A DNA stretch of 64,000 nucleotides from an uncultured bacterium (GCA_943787795.1 CALSNU010000003.1:320001-384000), one strand, 5' to 3'; counted from the stretch's first letter, positions 10,477-19,969 are shown. Notes: generated from the letters alone by a model not told the origin. A program made the numbers and translations.

Positions 10477-12141
10477 ATGGCCAACGGGGTAGAGCAGCAA
10501 GGGCGGGGTTTGGCCTCATGGAGGGTCTCCGGGCTCCGGCAGGAGCTCGACGAGGGAGACGGGGAGGTCCTGGCGAGGGCCGCCAGGGCCCTTGGGATCG
10601 AGCCCGAGGCCGTGCGTGGACAGCGGTTCGCGCGGCGCTCGATCGACGCCCGTGGACGCGGGCGGGACCTGCACTTCGTCTGTCAGGTCGATCTGGTGGT
10701 TCCGGATCGGCCGAAGACCCCGCGGCTCCGACGCCTGATTCGCTCCGGGAAGGTGGCGGCGACCCCGAGCCCCGAGGGCCTCGCCGTCGAGGGTGAGCCG
10801 GGGTCGCGCCTCGTCGTCGTGGGGGCCGGGCCAGGCGGGCTCTTCGCGGCTCTGGCGGGGGCCCTCTCCGGCGCTGAAGTGACCCTTGTCGAGCGCGGGG
10901 AGGCCATCGAGCGACGCGGCCGCAAGGTGGTGGCCTTCCACCGAGGCGCGGCCCCGGATCCAGACAACAACCTGCTGTTTGGCGATGGCGGCGCGGGGAC
11001 GTACTCCGACGGCAAGCTCTACACGCGGGTGTCGGACCCGCTCGAGACGGCTGTGATCGATGAGCTCGTGCAGGCGGGGGCGCCGGCGGACATCGCCTTT
11101 GACGCTCGCGCGCACATCGGGACGGACGTGCTGCACCGGATGCTGCCCCGGCTCCGGCGCCGGCTCGAGGAGCTCGGGGTCCGCTTTTGCTACGGGGTCC
11201 GGGCCACCGGAGTGGAGGCGAGCGACGGCGCAGATGGGAGGTCCGTGCGCGCGCTGCTCACCACCGACGGCGCGATCGAGCTGGACGCCCTGGTGCTCTG
11301 CATCGGGCACAGCGCGCGCGACACCTGGGCCTGGCTCGCCGAGGCCGGCGTCGCGATGGAGGCGAAGCCCTTCCAGGTCGGGGTCCGCATCGAGCACCCC
11401 CAGGAGCTCATCACCCGTGGACGCTACGGCCCCGATCCCCGGGGCGAGGTCCTCGGCCCGGCCTCGTACAACCTCCAGAGCCGTGCCGAGGTGCCGGCCC
11501 ATTCTTTCTGCATGTGCCCGGGTGGGCGGATCGTGGCCAGCGTCAGCGAGCCGGGCGGGCTCTGCACCAACGGCATGAGCAACTCGCGGCACTCCTCCCG
11601 GTGGGCGAACGCGGCGCTGGTGACGACCCTCGAGCCGGCGGCCGTGGAGGCCTTGGGGCATCGCGGACCGCTCGCCGGCGTCGAGCTCCAGCGTGAGCTT
11701 GAGCGCCGCTTCTTCGACGCGGGTGGGGGAACCTACGCCGCGCCAGCGCAGCGGGCCTCCGACTTCCTGGATAGGCGCCGATCCTCGGGGGAGCTGCGGA
11801 CCAGCTATGGCTTCGGCGCGACCGCTGCGCGCCTGGATTCGCTGCTGCCCGGGCTGGTGCGAGAGGCCATCGCTGGGGCGCTCGACCGGTTCGAGCGGGC
11901 CATCCCTGGTTTCGCGGGGGATCAGGGCCTGCTCGTGGGGATCGAGACCCGCAGCTCCGGGCCGGTGCGGCTCCCGCGGGATCGGACCGCCTTCAGGGCG
12001 CAGGGCTTCTCCAACCTCTTTCCGGCAGGCGAGGGCGCCGGTTACGCGGGCGGGATCATGAGCGCCGCCATCGACGGGGCCCGCGCGGCTCGGGCTGCGG
12101 TGGCCGGCGGTCACCGTTCCGGGACGAGCTCGGCCCGCTGA
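10477..12141 (+). CDS. FAD-dependent oxidoreductase (COG2509-like)
   Basis: VVGAGPGGLFAA, FGDGGAGTYSDGKL, HIGTD, GVRIEHPQ, SFCMCPGG, TNGMS, GEGAGYAGGIMSAAIDG. Confidence 0.9.
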   Translation: MANGVEQQGRGLASWRVSGLRQELDEGDGEVLARAARALGIEPEAVRGQRFARRSIDARGRGRDLHFVCQVDLVVPDRPKTPRLRRLIRSGKVAATPSPEGLAVEGEPGSRLVVVGAGPGGLFAALAGALSGAEVTLVERGEAIERRGRKVVAFHRGAAPDPDNNLLFGDGGAGTYSDGKLYTRVSDPLETAVIDELVQAGAPADIAFDARAHIGTDVLHRMLPRLRRRLEELGVRFCYGVRATGVEASDGADGRSVRALLTTDGAIELDALVLCIGHSARDTWAWLAEAGVAMEAKPFQVGVRIEHPQELITRGRYGPDPRGEVLGPASYNLQSRAEVPAHSFCMCPGGRIVASVSEPGGLCTNGMSNSRHSSRWANAALVTTLEPAAVEALGHRGPLAGVELQRELERRFFDAGGGTYAAPAQRASDFLDRRRSSGELRTSYGFGATAARLDSLLPGLVREAIAGALDRFERAIPGFAGDQGLLVGIETRSSGPVRLPRDRTAFRAQGFSNLFPAGEGAGYAGGIMSAAIDGARAARAAVAGGHRSGTSSAR

Positions 12142-12190
12142 TGGCACCGAGCGGCGCCGCTCCCTGCCCTCAGTTGGTACAACCTCGTCC

Positions 12191-13036
12191 ATGTCCCAGC
12201 ACCCGGAACACGGCAACTCGGAGTCGACGGAGTTCACTGGCCGCAAGGTCACGACCAACCTGTTGACCCAGATGAAGGAGGCCGGCACGCCGATCGCGGC
12301 CCTGACGGCCTACGACTACACCATGGCCCAGCTCCTGGATCAGGCGGGCGTCGACCTCATCCTCGTCGGGGACTCGGTGTCGACCGTCATGCAGGGCCTG
12401 GAGACGACGGTGACGGTGACCATGGAGCACATGGTCTACCACGCGTCCCTGGTCCGCCGCGGGGTCGAGCGGGCGCTCGTCGTGGCCGACCTCCCGTTCA
12501 TGTCCTACCAGGTCAACTCGGATGAGGCTCTGCGGAACGCCGGCCGGATGGTGAAGGAGGCGGGGGCCGAGGCGGTCAAGCTGGAGGGCGGCCGGGTCGT
12601 CGCAGAGACGGTCCGCCGCATCGTGGACGTGGGCATCCCGGTGATGGGGCACCTGGGGCTGACGCCCCAGTCGATTCACAAGTTCGGGACGTACCAGGTG
12701 CGGGCGACGGACGACAAGGAGGCCGACGAGCTGCGCCGAGACGCCAAGCTGCTCGAGCAGGCGGGCGTCTTCTCGATCGTCCTCGAGAAGGTTCCCGCGG
12801 CCCTCGCCCAGGAGGTCACCGAGAGTGTGAGCGTGCCGGTGATCGGTATCGGTGCAGGCGGCGGCTGCGACGGCCAGATCCTCGTGAGCCATGACATGCT
12901 CGGGATCTGCACGCGCTTCAACCCGCGCTTCGTGAGACGCTACGGCAACTTCGCAGACGAGATGCGGAGCGCCTTCGAGCGCTTCTCGGCGGACGTTCGC
13001 GGGCGCGACTTTCCGAGCGAAGATGAGTCCTACTAG
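12191..13036 (+). CDS. panB: 3-methyl-2-oxobutanoate hydroxymethyltransferase
   Basis: LTAYDY, ILVGDS, ADLPFMSY, VKLEGG, MGHLGLTPQS, IGIGAG, DGQILV. Confidence 0.97.
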   Translation: MSQHPEHGNSESTEFTGRKVTTNLLTQMKEAGTPIAALTAYDYTMAQLLDQAGVDLILVGDSVSTVMQGLETTVTVTMEHMVYHASLVRRGVERALVVADLPFMSYQVNSDEALRNAGRMVKEAGAEAVKLEGGRVVAETVRRIVDVGIPVMGHLGLTPQSIHKFGTYQVRATDDKEADELRRDAKLLEQAGVFSIVLEKVPAALAQEVTESVSVPVIGIGAGGGCDGQILVSHDMLGICTRFNPRFVRRYGNFADEMRSAFERFSADVRGRDFPSEDESY

Positions 13037-13125
13037 GTAGCCCCCGGGTCGTGGCGGTGGATCAAGGTGGGACCGCTCGGGCGCGCGGCGCCGCAGTGTG
13101 CGGGTGACTCTTCAGATCCGCGGGT

Positions 13126-13716
13126 GTGCACGACGAAGGCTCCCTCGTGGGCACGATCAGCACGACCGAAAAGAACCTTGGCATCGGTGAGATGTTCCGG
13201 CGTATCGGCGGGGACCTCTCGATGCTCTGCGATCGCGAGATCGAGATCAGCGAGATCACCTTCGAGGAGCGGAGCGACCGCCCCTCGTCCCACGAGGGGG
13301 TAAACATCTCGTTCCGGTTCGCCCTCGTGATGGGCGGCGGCGTCGAGCACGGCGCGCTGATGATCCCCCTCGCAGAGTCCATCTCACTGGGTGGCAACCT
13401 CATGATGGCGGGGCCGGCGCAAATCGCTGAGCTCCAGGAGCGGGGCGAGGTCGATGGGCCCCTGCGCGAGGCGATCCTCGAGGTCGGGGCGTTCGTGGCC
13501 GGCGCGATCCAGTCCGCGGCAGAAGCCCTGGGCCTGCCGGAGGCCCGGGTGGAGTTCGAGGGCTGCCAGGGGGTCCCGCCCGCGGTCCCGCCGCGGCTGG
13601 ATTACAAGGAGGGAGCGCGGCTGCTTGTGGGCCGCGCATCACTCCGCATGGGGGACGCGGCCCCCGTTCAGGCGGTGCTGGTGCTGCCGAGGCTCGCGAT
13701 GAACGTCGGCGCCTGA
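13126..13716 (+). CDS. Hypothetical protein, CheC/CheX/FliY-like fold (degenerate)
   Basis: GDLSMLCDREIEIS and EAILEVGAFVAGAI resemble CheC-family segments, but the ExxN Asn is Ala. Confidence 0.5.
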   Translation: MHDEGSLVGTISTTEKNLGIGEMFRRIGGDLSMLCDREIEISEITFEERSDRPSSHEGVNISFRFALVMGGGVEHGALMIPLAESISLGGNLMMAGPAQIAELQERGEVDGPLREAILEVGAFVAGAIQSAAEALGLPEARVEFEGCQGVPPAVPPRLDYKEGARLLVGRASLRMGDAAPVQAVLVLPRLAMNVGA

Positions 13717-13720
13717 TCGC

Positions 13721-14923
13721 TCAGCTGTCGCCGAGGGCCTTCTTGAAGATGTCCCCGAGGTTCGTCCCGAGGTTACCGCGGGAGCTGTTGAGCGCCTGCT
13801 GGATGGTCGAGGTGTCCACCGAGTCCTCCGACCCGATCTGAGCGCCGCGCGGGTCAAGTCGCGAGAGGCTGATGCGCTGGGCCCCCGGGTCGATGGAAGT
13901 GACGCGGACCGTCACCTCCTCCCCGATGGTGAGGACCTTCTGGAGGTTGACCACTCGTTCGGTGGAGATCTGCGAGATGTGCAGCAGCCCCTCGACGCCT
14001 GGGAGCACCTCGACGAAGGCGCCGAAGTCCATCAGGCGGGTGACCTTGCCGGTGACTTGCCCGTCAATGTTGAGCTTGTGGGGGACCTCGTCCCAGGGAT
14101 CCGGCTCGAGCTGCTTCATGCCGAGGGAGATCTTCTTACCGCCCTCCTTGAGCTCGAGGACCATCACGTCGACCTGCTGGCCCACCTTCAGGACCTCGTC
14201 GATCTTCTCGACTCGCTGACGCGAGATCTGGCTGACGTGGACCATGCCTTCGATGCCGCCGATGTCGACGAAGGCGCCGAACGGTTCGATCCGCATGACC
14301 TTGCCCGACATCTTCGCGCCCGGCTCGAGGCCGCCGACCTTCTCGGCGATCGCCTCCATGCGCTCGCTCTCCTCGACGCGCCTGCGAGAGAGCAGGACGC
14401 GGTTTCGGGAGCGATCGATCTCCATCACCTCGCAAACCAGGGTCTGCCCGAGCATCTCGGAGCCCTCGACGTCCCTGCGAACGGAGACCTGGCTCATGGG
14501 CATGAAGCCCTCGTGGGCGCCGATCTTCAGGGTCAAGCCACCCTGGTTCTGCCCGGTCACGCGGGCCTTGGTCCGGGATCCAACCTCGAGCTGCTCCCAG
14601 GCCGCGAGCTCCTTGGCGGCACGCATGGAGAGGAGCCATAGGTCGTCCTCCCGTCCGCGGAGCATGAAGCGAAAGCGCTCGCCGACCTCGGGCTTCGCGT
14701 CGAATTCGGCCAGGGGGCAGACGCCCTGCATGCGCGGGCCGAGGTCCACGATGACATCGTCACCGCTGACTCCCGCGACGGTACCGGGCATGAGGTCGTC
14801 CTTGCCGCGGCCAGCCTTGGAGCCTGAGTCCATGCCGTCCTCGTCGGGAGAGCTTCCGAGGGCCTGGAGGTCGACGCCGTCGAGAGCGGCCTGGATTTCC
14901 TTGTCGAGCGAGTCTTGGGACAT
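13721..14923 (-). CDS. S1 RNA-binding protein, short RpsA-like (4 S1 domains)
   Basis: Repeated S1 motifs (EGFMPMSQ, PFGAFVDIGGIEGMVHVSQIS, DFGAFVEVLPGVEGLLHISQIS, RISLS) and an RpsA-like C-terminus NLGDIFKKAL. Confidence 0.88.
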   Translation of the reverse strand: MSQDSLDKEIQAALDGVDLQALGSSPDEDGMDSGSKAGRGKDDLMPGTVAGVSGDDVIVDLGPRMQGVCPLAEFDAKPEVGERFRFMLRGREDDLWLLSMRAAKELAAWEQLEVGSRTKARVTGQNQGGLTLKIGAHEGFMPMSQVSVRRDVEGSEMLGQTLVCEVMEIDRSRNRVLLSRRRVEESERMEAIAEKVGGLEPGAKMSGKVMRIEPFGAFVDIGGIEGMVHVSQISRQRVEKIDEVLKVGQQVDVMVLELKEGGKKISLGMKQLEPDPWDEVPHKLNIDGQVTGKVTRLMDFGAFVEVLPGVEGLLHISQISTERVVNLQKVLTIGEEVTVRVTSIDPGAQRISLSRLDPRGAQIGSEDSVDTSTIQQALNSSRGNLGTNLGDIFKKALGDS

Positions 14924-14951
14924 TTCTGGATTCTCTTTCTTTCGGGTCGGC

Positions 14952-15716
14952 TCAGTGGCCGCTGCGGTGAACGTCGCGGGTGCTGGCCTGTTCCGTGGGC
15001 CAGAGGACGATCTCACCGATGTTGACGTGGGGCGGGCGGGTGACGGCGTAGCAGATCGCGTCGGCGACGTCCTCGGGCGTGAGGGGCGTCATCCCATCGT
15101 AGACGCGATCTGCGGCCTCCTGGTCGCCTAGGCGGACGAGGCTGAACTCGGTCTCGACGAGGCCGGGGTCGACCGTGGTGAAGCGGACGCCAGAGCCGAA
15201 CTCGTCCAGCCGCAGCGCCTCGTAGATGGCGCGGACCGCGTGCTTGGAGGCGTTGTAGACGTTGCCGCCCGGGTAGACCTGGCGACCGGCCACGCTACCG
15301 AGCACGACGAGGTCTCCGCGACCGGCGGCGCGCAGGGCGGGGAGGGCCGCGCGGGCGGTGTGAAGAACCCCCTTGACGTTGGTGTCGATCATGTCGGCCC
15401 AGTCGTCCGTGTCGCCCTCATGGAGCGGCGCGACGCCCCGCCCAAGTCCGGCGTTGGCGACGACGAGATCGAAGGCCTGGTCAGCGAAGACCTCGGCCAC
15501 CGCCGCCGCGTCACGGACGTCGGCTGCGGCGCAGGTGGTCCCCGGGCCAAGCTCCTCGGCCAGCTCACGCAGCCGGTCCTCCCGGCGCGCGACCAGGTGG
15601 ACGCTGGCGCCGGCGGCCGAGAGGGCCCGGGCGGTGGCCCGTCCGATCCCGGACGAGGCGCCGGTGACCACCGCGCGCCGGCCGGCGAGCGGGGACTGTG
15701 CCTGCTGATCGTTCAT
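14952..15716 (-). CDS. SDR family NADP-dependent oxidoreductase (YdfG-like)
   Basis: VTGASSGIG, ARR, NAG, GSVAG, YNASK, PGLVETEFS, RPPHVNI. Confidence 0.93.
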   Translation of the reverse strand: MNDQQAQSPLAGRRAVVTGASSGIGRATARALSAAGASVHLVARREDRLRELAEELGPGTTCAAADVRDAAAVAEVFADQAFDLVVANAGLGRGVAPLHEGDTDDWADMIDTNVKGVLHTARAALPALRAAGRGDLVVLGSVAGRQVYPGGNVYNASKHAVRAIYEALRLDEFGSGVRFTTVDPGLVETEFSLVRLGDQEAADRVYDGMTPLTPEDVADAICYAVTRPPHVNIGEIVLWPTEQASTRDVHRSGH

Positions 15717-15850
15717 GGGGGGAGTGTAGCCTCGTCCGGGCCCTCACGGGGGAGCGCGGCCCCGCAGACCTTGCGCCCCGGCCCGTGGCCGGGGCACGAT
15801 GGTTCTGGCCGCGGACCTTCCGCCGGCGCTGATCGGTCCGGATTCTCCCC

Positions 15851-17593
15851 ATGCGACACCCACTCCGGACCCTTCACTCGCTCGCACTGCTCGGCCTCGC
15901 GGGTGTGATGCTGGCGCCGGGCGGCCTCGCCGTGCAGGAGGCCCGCGAGGCCACGCTGTTCACCGGCGCGACGGTGTTTGCGGGCTTCGACGGCCGGCGG
16001 GCAGAGCCGCTGAACCGGCAGGGCACATCGTCTGCCATCCTCGTGCAAGGAGGGCGAATCGTCGGGATCGGGGGGGAGCGTGAGCTCGCCTCGCTCGATG
16101 CTGGACGGGCAGCGCGCCGGGTCGACTTGACGGGCGGCTTCATCTACCCGGGGTTCCAGGATGCTCATGGTGAGCTGGAGCGACTCGGGCGGGACCTCGA
16201 GCGGGTGGACCTCTCGGCGTGCGCAGGCCGGACGGCGTTGATCCAGGCGCTGCAGGCGCGCGCGGCGGCGCTCCCTGTGGGGCGCTGGGTGCAGGCTGGA
16301 GGGTGGCGCTCCGTGGAGGAGGGCGGCGCAACGGACAAGGACCGACGGTCGCTCGCGGCTGCGATCACGGCGGCGCTGCCAGGCCACCCTGTGATACTCC
16401 ACGAGGTGTCGGGGGACGGCATCCTGCTGAACGGCGCCGGCTGGTCGGCGTGCGGGCTCGGGGCGAACGCTTTGCAAGCGGGTGAAGAAGGGGCCGGGGC
16501 GCGCGCGGCGTCGCCGGGAGGGTGGCTGCAGGGAGCCGCCGCGGCCGCGGCTCTGACAGAGCTTCCGTCGCCGTCCTCGAGCGAGCGAGCCCGAAGGATC
16601 CTTCGCGCCCAGGAGGTGCTGCTGCGCGCGGGGGTGACCTGCGTGCATCTCATGGGGCTGGAGGCTGACGAGGCGCGGGCCCTGTCGCAGCTGCGCGCGG
16701 ACGGCCGGCTGCGGATCCGCGTTGTCGGGTTTCTTGATGCCGAGGCCGAGGCGTCGGCCGAGGAGTGGAGCGGGTGGGAGCGCGACCCCTCAGGCGCGGA
16801 CAGATTCGTGATGGTCGGTGTCGCGCTCCGCCTCGATGGGTCCCTTGCCGTGGGCGGAGCGGCGCTGGACGAGGCCTACGTCGATGCCCCGGGGCAGCGA
16901 GGGGCCCTCTCGATCGGTTTCGCCCGAGCGAGTGAGCTCGTGACCGATGCGGCGCGCCTGGGCCGCCAGCCAGCGATCCAGTGCGCGGGTGATCGCGCCG
17001 TCGGGCTCGCCCTTGATATCTACGATCGGGCTCGCGCCGACCTCCCCGGGTTCATCGGCCTGCGCCCTCGCCTTGAGGGGGTGGACCTCTGCACCGCGTC
17101 TGAGCGCTCGCGGATAGGGCCCCTCGCCATCGTGCCCTCGGCGCAGCCCGGCCGTCTCGCGCGGCAGGCGGTGTGGGCGGTCGAGCGGCTTGGGAATGAC
17201 CGCACGCTTGGTCTCCAGGCTTGGCGGAGCCTGGTGGCGGCGGCCTCTCAGCCCCTGGCCCTGGGAAGCGGTTACCCCGCGGGCGCGGCGGATCCACGCG
17301 TGACGTTCTTTGCCGGCGTGAGTCGCCGGTCCGCCGCGGCGCCGGCCGAGGCGGCGTTCACCCTCGGCCAGAGCCTGACAGCGAACCAGGTGCTCGGCGG
17401 AATGACCTCCGGTGCCGCCTTCGCGGCCACCCAGGAGGACCGCCGCGGGCTCCTCGCCAGGGGCTATGGTGGAGATCTGACGGTGCTCGACGTGGATCTG
17501 ACCCAGCTGGGGCCAGGTGACGCCAGGCGGGCACTTGGAGCCACGGTCCTCATGACCGTGGTCAACGGAGAGATTCTCCACGACGGGCGCTGA
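15851..17593 (+). CDS. Exported amidohydrolase-3 (YtcJ-like) family protein with degenerate metal site
   Basis: N-terminal signal-like segment, VDLTGGFIYPGFQDAH, LDGSL, GDRA, GLLARGYGGDLTVLD, MTVVNG. Several His/Asp ligands are substituted. Confidence 0.85.
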   Translation: MRHPLRTLHSLALLGLAGVMLAPGGLAVQEAREATLFTGATVFAGFDGRRAEPLNRQGTSSAILVQGGRIVGIGGERELASLDAGRAARRVDLTGGFIYPGFQDAHGELERLGRDLERVDLSACAGRTALIQALQARAAALPVGRWVQAGGWRSVEEGGATDKDRRSLAAAITAALPGHPVILHEVSGDGILLNGAGWSACGLGANALQAGEEGAGARAASPGGWLQGAAAAAALTELPSPSSSERARRILRAQEVLLRAGVTCVHLMGLEADEARALSQLRADGRLRIRVVGFLDAEAEASAEEWSGWERDPSGADRFVMVGVALRLDGSLAVGGAALDEAYVDAPGQRGALSIGFARASELVTDAARLGRQPAIQCAGDRAVGLALDIYDRARADLPGFIGLRPRLEGVDLCTASERSRIGPLAIVPSAQPGRLARQAVWAVERLGNDRTLGLQAWRSLVAAASQPLALGSGYPAGAADPRVTFFAGVSRRSAAAPAEAAFTLGQSLTANQVLGGMTSGAAFAATQEDRRGLLARGYGGDLTVLDVDLTQLGPGDARRALGATVLMTVVNGEILHDGR

Positions 17594-17605
17594 GCCGGAC
17601 CATTC

Positions 17606-18019
17606 ATGACGACCATCAAGAGCAGCTATCGCGGTGAGCTTCGGACCGAAGCAAGCCACCTCCTGTCGGGCACGAAGCTCGTCACCGACGCCCCGGTCGA
17701 CAACCAGGGCAAGGGCGAGTCCTTCTCGCCCACAGATCTCGTCGCCACCGGGCTCGCCTCGTGCATGCTCACGATCATGGGCATCGTGGCCGAGCGGCAC
17801 GGATGGGACCTCACCCGCGCCACCGCCTCGGCCACCAAGGTTATGGCGGCGGACCCTGTGCGGCGCATCGCGCGGATCGAGGTCACGATCGAGATCCCTG
17901 GCGCCTTCAGCGCCCAGGCGAGGGCTGCGCTGGAGAAGGCCGCGCTGGGCTGCCCCGTTCACGCCACCCTGGGCAGCAACGTCGAGCTCCCCGTCCAGTT
18001 CATCTGGGACGAGGCCTGA
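17606..18019 (+). CDS. OsmC/Ohr family protein
   Basis: TDAPVDNQGKGESFSPTDL, LASCMLT and GCPVH (two conserved Cys). Confidence 0.92.
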   Translation: MTTIKSSYRGELRTEASHLLSGTKLVTDAPVDNQGKGESFSPTDLVATGLASCMLTIMGIVAERHGWDLTRATASATKVMAADPVRRIARIEVTIEIPGAFSAQARAALEKAALGCPVHATLGSNVELPVQFIWDEA

Positions 18020-18244
18020 GGCCTGAGGGGGTTGGAAGGCGGTTGGGAAGTGGTGGAGAGGCGCCGGGGTGAGGTGCCGTATCCCCTTGAGGCACCTGCG
18101 CGTCCAGGGGCGGCGCCGAGACGCAGCCTGGATCACCCTGACGCCAGCCCCGTGAGAATCGGCCCCCGGTGGGTCGTCGGGGGCGCGGGCCATCGGCTAC
18201 CCTCCTCGCCCGTTTTCCGGATCCCTCACCCCATCTGAACTCCC

Positions 18245-19402
18245 ATGTCCAACCGTCCGACCATCTTCATCGCCGGCTCTGGCGGTATTGGCCGTGCCCT
18301 CGCCCTGCTCCTTCGCAACGACTCGGGGATGGCGGCTGAGGTGGTCCTCGGGGACCTGTCTCAGGACGCTGCGGATGACGCCTGCGCCTTCGCGAACGTG
18401 GATGTCCCCACGGACGCGCCGGCTGCCCGCGGCATCACGATGCCCGCGACCGGCAGCAGCGACGAGTTGGCTGGGATCCTCGACGGGGCCTCTGCTATCC
18501 TGGACTGCCTCCCCGGCGCCCAGGCGCCCCGCATGGCCCGGCTCGCGAAGGAGCACGGTTGTCACTACCTCAACCTCACCGAGTACGTGGCGGAGACCAA
18601 CGAGGTGCTCGGTATCGCCGAGGGTGCAGAGACCTGCTTCGCGCTTCAGTGCGGCCTCGCGCCGGGCTACATCAACATCCTCGGGAACGACCTCTTCCAG
18701 CGGGCCACCTCGGCGTGGGGCGTCGACACCGTGGATAAGCTGGAGATGCGAGTGGGGGCCATCACGCGCCACGCCACCGAGCCGCACTTCTACGGCTGGA
18801 CCTGGAGCCCCGTGGGGGTGGCGACGGAGTACGTGAAGGACGCCATCGCGGTGCGTGACTTCGAGACGGTGGAGCTGCCGTCTCTCACCGAGTGCAAGAC
18901 CGTCCTGCTCCACGGCTTCCCCTTCGAGGAGGCGCTGACCTCCGGCGGGGCTGCGGACCTGCCCGAGGCGCTGGCGGGCAAGGTCCGGGACCTGGACTAC
19001 AAGACGCTCCGGCATCCCGGCCACTACGAATGGGTCGACGGTGTCCTGGCCGGTATCCCCGAGGGAGACGATCGCCCGGCGCGGCTGCAGGAGGCCATGG
19101 AGGCCGCCATCCCGCACGTCGAGGATGACCTCGTGGTGGTCTACGCTTCGGTCGAGGGCCGGGACAAGGACGGCGCGCTCCGCGCCGAGCGCGCGGCGCT
19201 CTTCTGCCCCAGCATCGAGGTCGGCGGTCGGCGGCTGCGGGCGATCCAGTCCACGACGGCGGCGGGTATCGCCGAGGTGCTACGCATCGTGCTGGAGGGC
19301 GGCCACAAGGGGCCCCTGCTCCAGTCCGAGGTGCCGACGGAGACCTTCCTGAACGGGCCCTTCGTCAAGCTCGCCTACGTCGACGAGCAGTCCCGCGGCT
19401 GA
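18245..19402 (+). CDS. Saccharopine dehydrogenase / L-lysine dehydrogenase family protein
   Basis: IAGSGGIG, HYLNLTE, QCGLAPG, MRVGA, TWSPVGVATEY, DYKTLRHPGH, AIQSTTA. Confidence 0.88.
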   Translation: MSNRPTIFIAGSGGIGRALALLLRNDSGMAAEVVLGDLSQDAADDACAFANVDVPTDAPAARGITMPATGSSDELAGILDGASAILDCLPGAQAPRMARLAKEHGCHYLNLTEYVAETNEVLGIAEGAETCFALQCGLAPGYINILGNDLFQRATSAWGVDTVDKLEMRVGAITRHATEPHFYGWTWSPVGVATEYVKDAIAVRDFETVELPSLTECKTVLLHGFPFEEALTSGGAADLPEALAGKVRDLDYKTLRHPGHYEWVDGVLAGIPEGDDRPARLQEAMEAAIPHVEDDLVVVYASVEGRDKDGALRAERAALFCPSIEVGGRRLRAIQSTTAAGIAEVLRIVLEGGHKGPLLQSEVPTETFLNGPFVKLAYVDEQSRG

Positions 19403-19406
19403 GGCG

Positions 19407-19471
19407 GCCGACTGCGCCTGCCGACTGCGCCTACCGACTGCGCCTGCCGTCAGCGCCTACCGTCAGCGTCT
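19407..19471. repeat. 13-bp tandem repeat (5 units) between convergent genes
   Basis: gccgactgcgcct x2, accgactgcgcct, gccgtcagcgcct, accgtcagcgtct. Confidence 0.9.
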
Positions 19472-19831
19472 GCCGGCTTCCAGCGCGTCCATGAGGCCGA
19501 GTACGTGGCCGACCAGGCGCTCGCGGGCCGCGGGCGGGACGTACCGGTTGAGGGGCGGCATGTACTTGGCGGCCGAGAGGTGGGGCGCCTTGCGCTTGTA
19601 CGCCTGGGGATCCTCCAGGTACTCGAGCAGGGTGGCCCGGGTCCAGTACTTGCGCTTGCCCAGGTAGCTGCCGCCTCGGCCGTGGAGCGCGCGGCCCTCG
19701 GTACCGTGGCACTGGGTGCAGAGCCGCGCGTAGATCTGCTCGCCGCTGAGCTGCTCGTAGGCCGATGCGCTGTCACACCCCGAGGAGGCGAGCCCTCCCA
19801 CGAGCGCCAGCGTCAGCGCGGCGAGGGTCAT
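19463..19831 (-). CDS. Monoheme c-type cytochrome, probable lipoprotein
   Basis: GEQIYARLCTQCHG (CxxCH), distal YMPP Met, LASSG-C lipobox-like signal. Alternative starts up to 19933. Confidence 0.85.
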   Translation of the reverse strand: MTLAALTLALVGGLASSGCDSASAYEQLSGEQIYARLCTQCHGTEGRALHGRGGSYLGKRKYWTRATLLEYLEDPQAYKRKAPHLSAAKYMPPLNRYVPPAARERLVGHVLGLMDALEAGRR

Positions 19832-19969
19832 GCTTGGGGTCAAAAGGGGGCGGCTCACAGGAGTAGATATAGGCCGGTCACTGGAGCCCGACAAGGCGAG
19901 CCCGCTGCGATTCATCCGTCCCCCGCGCGTCACAAGGGGTCACTCACGGTTCTCGCCGCGCCGGTTCGC

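Noticed and set aside
19407..19471. Repeat array as a possible CRISPR
   Set aside because: The units are 13 bp and directly adjacent, with no spacers, and there are no cas genes. The same applies to the 15-bp arrays.
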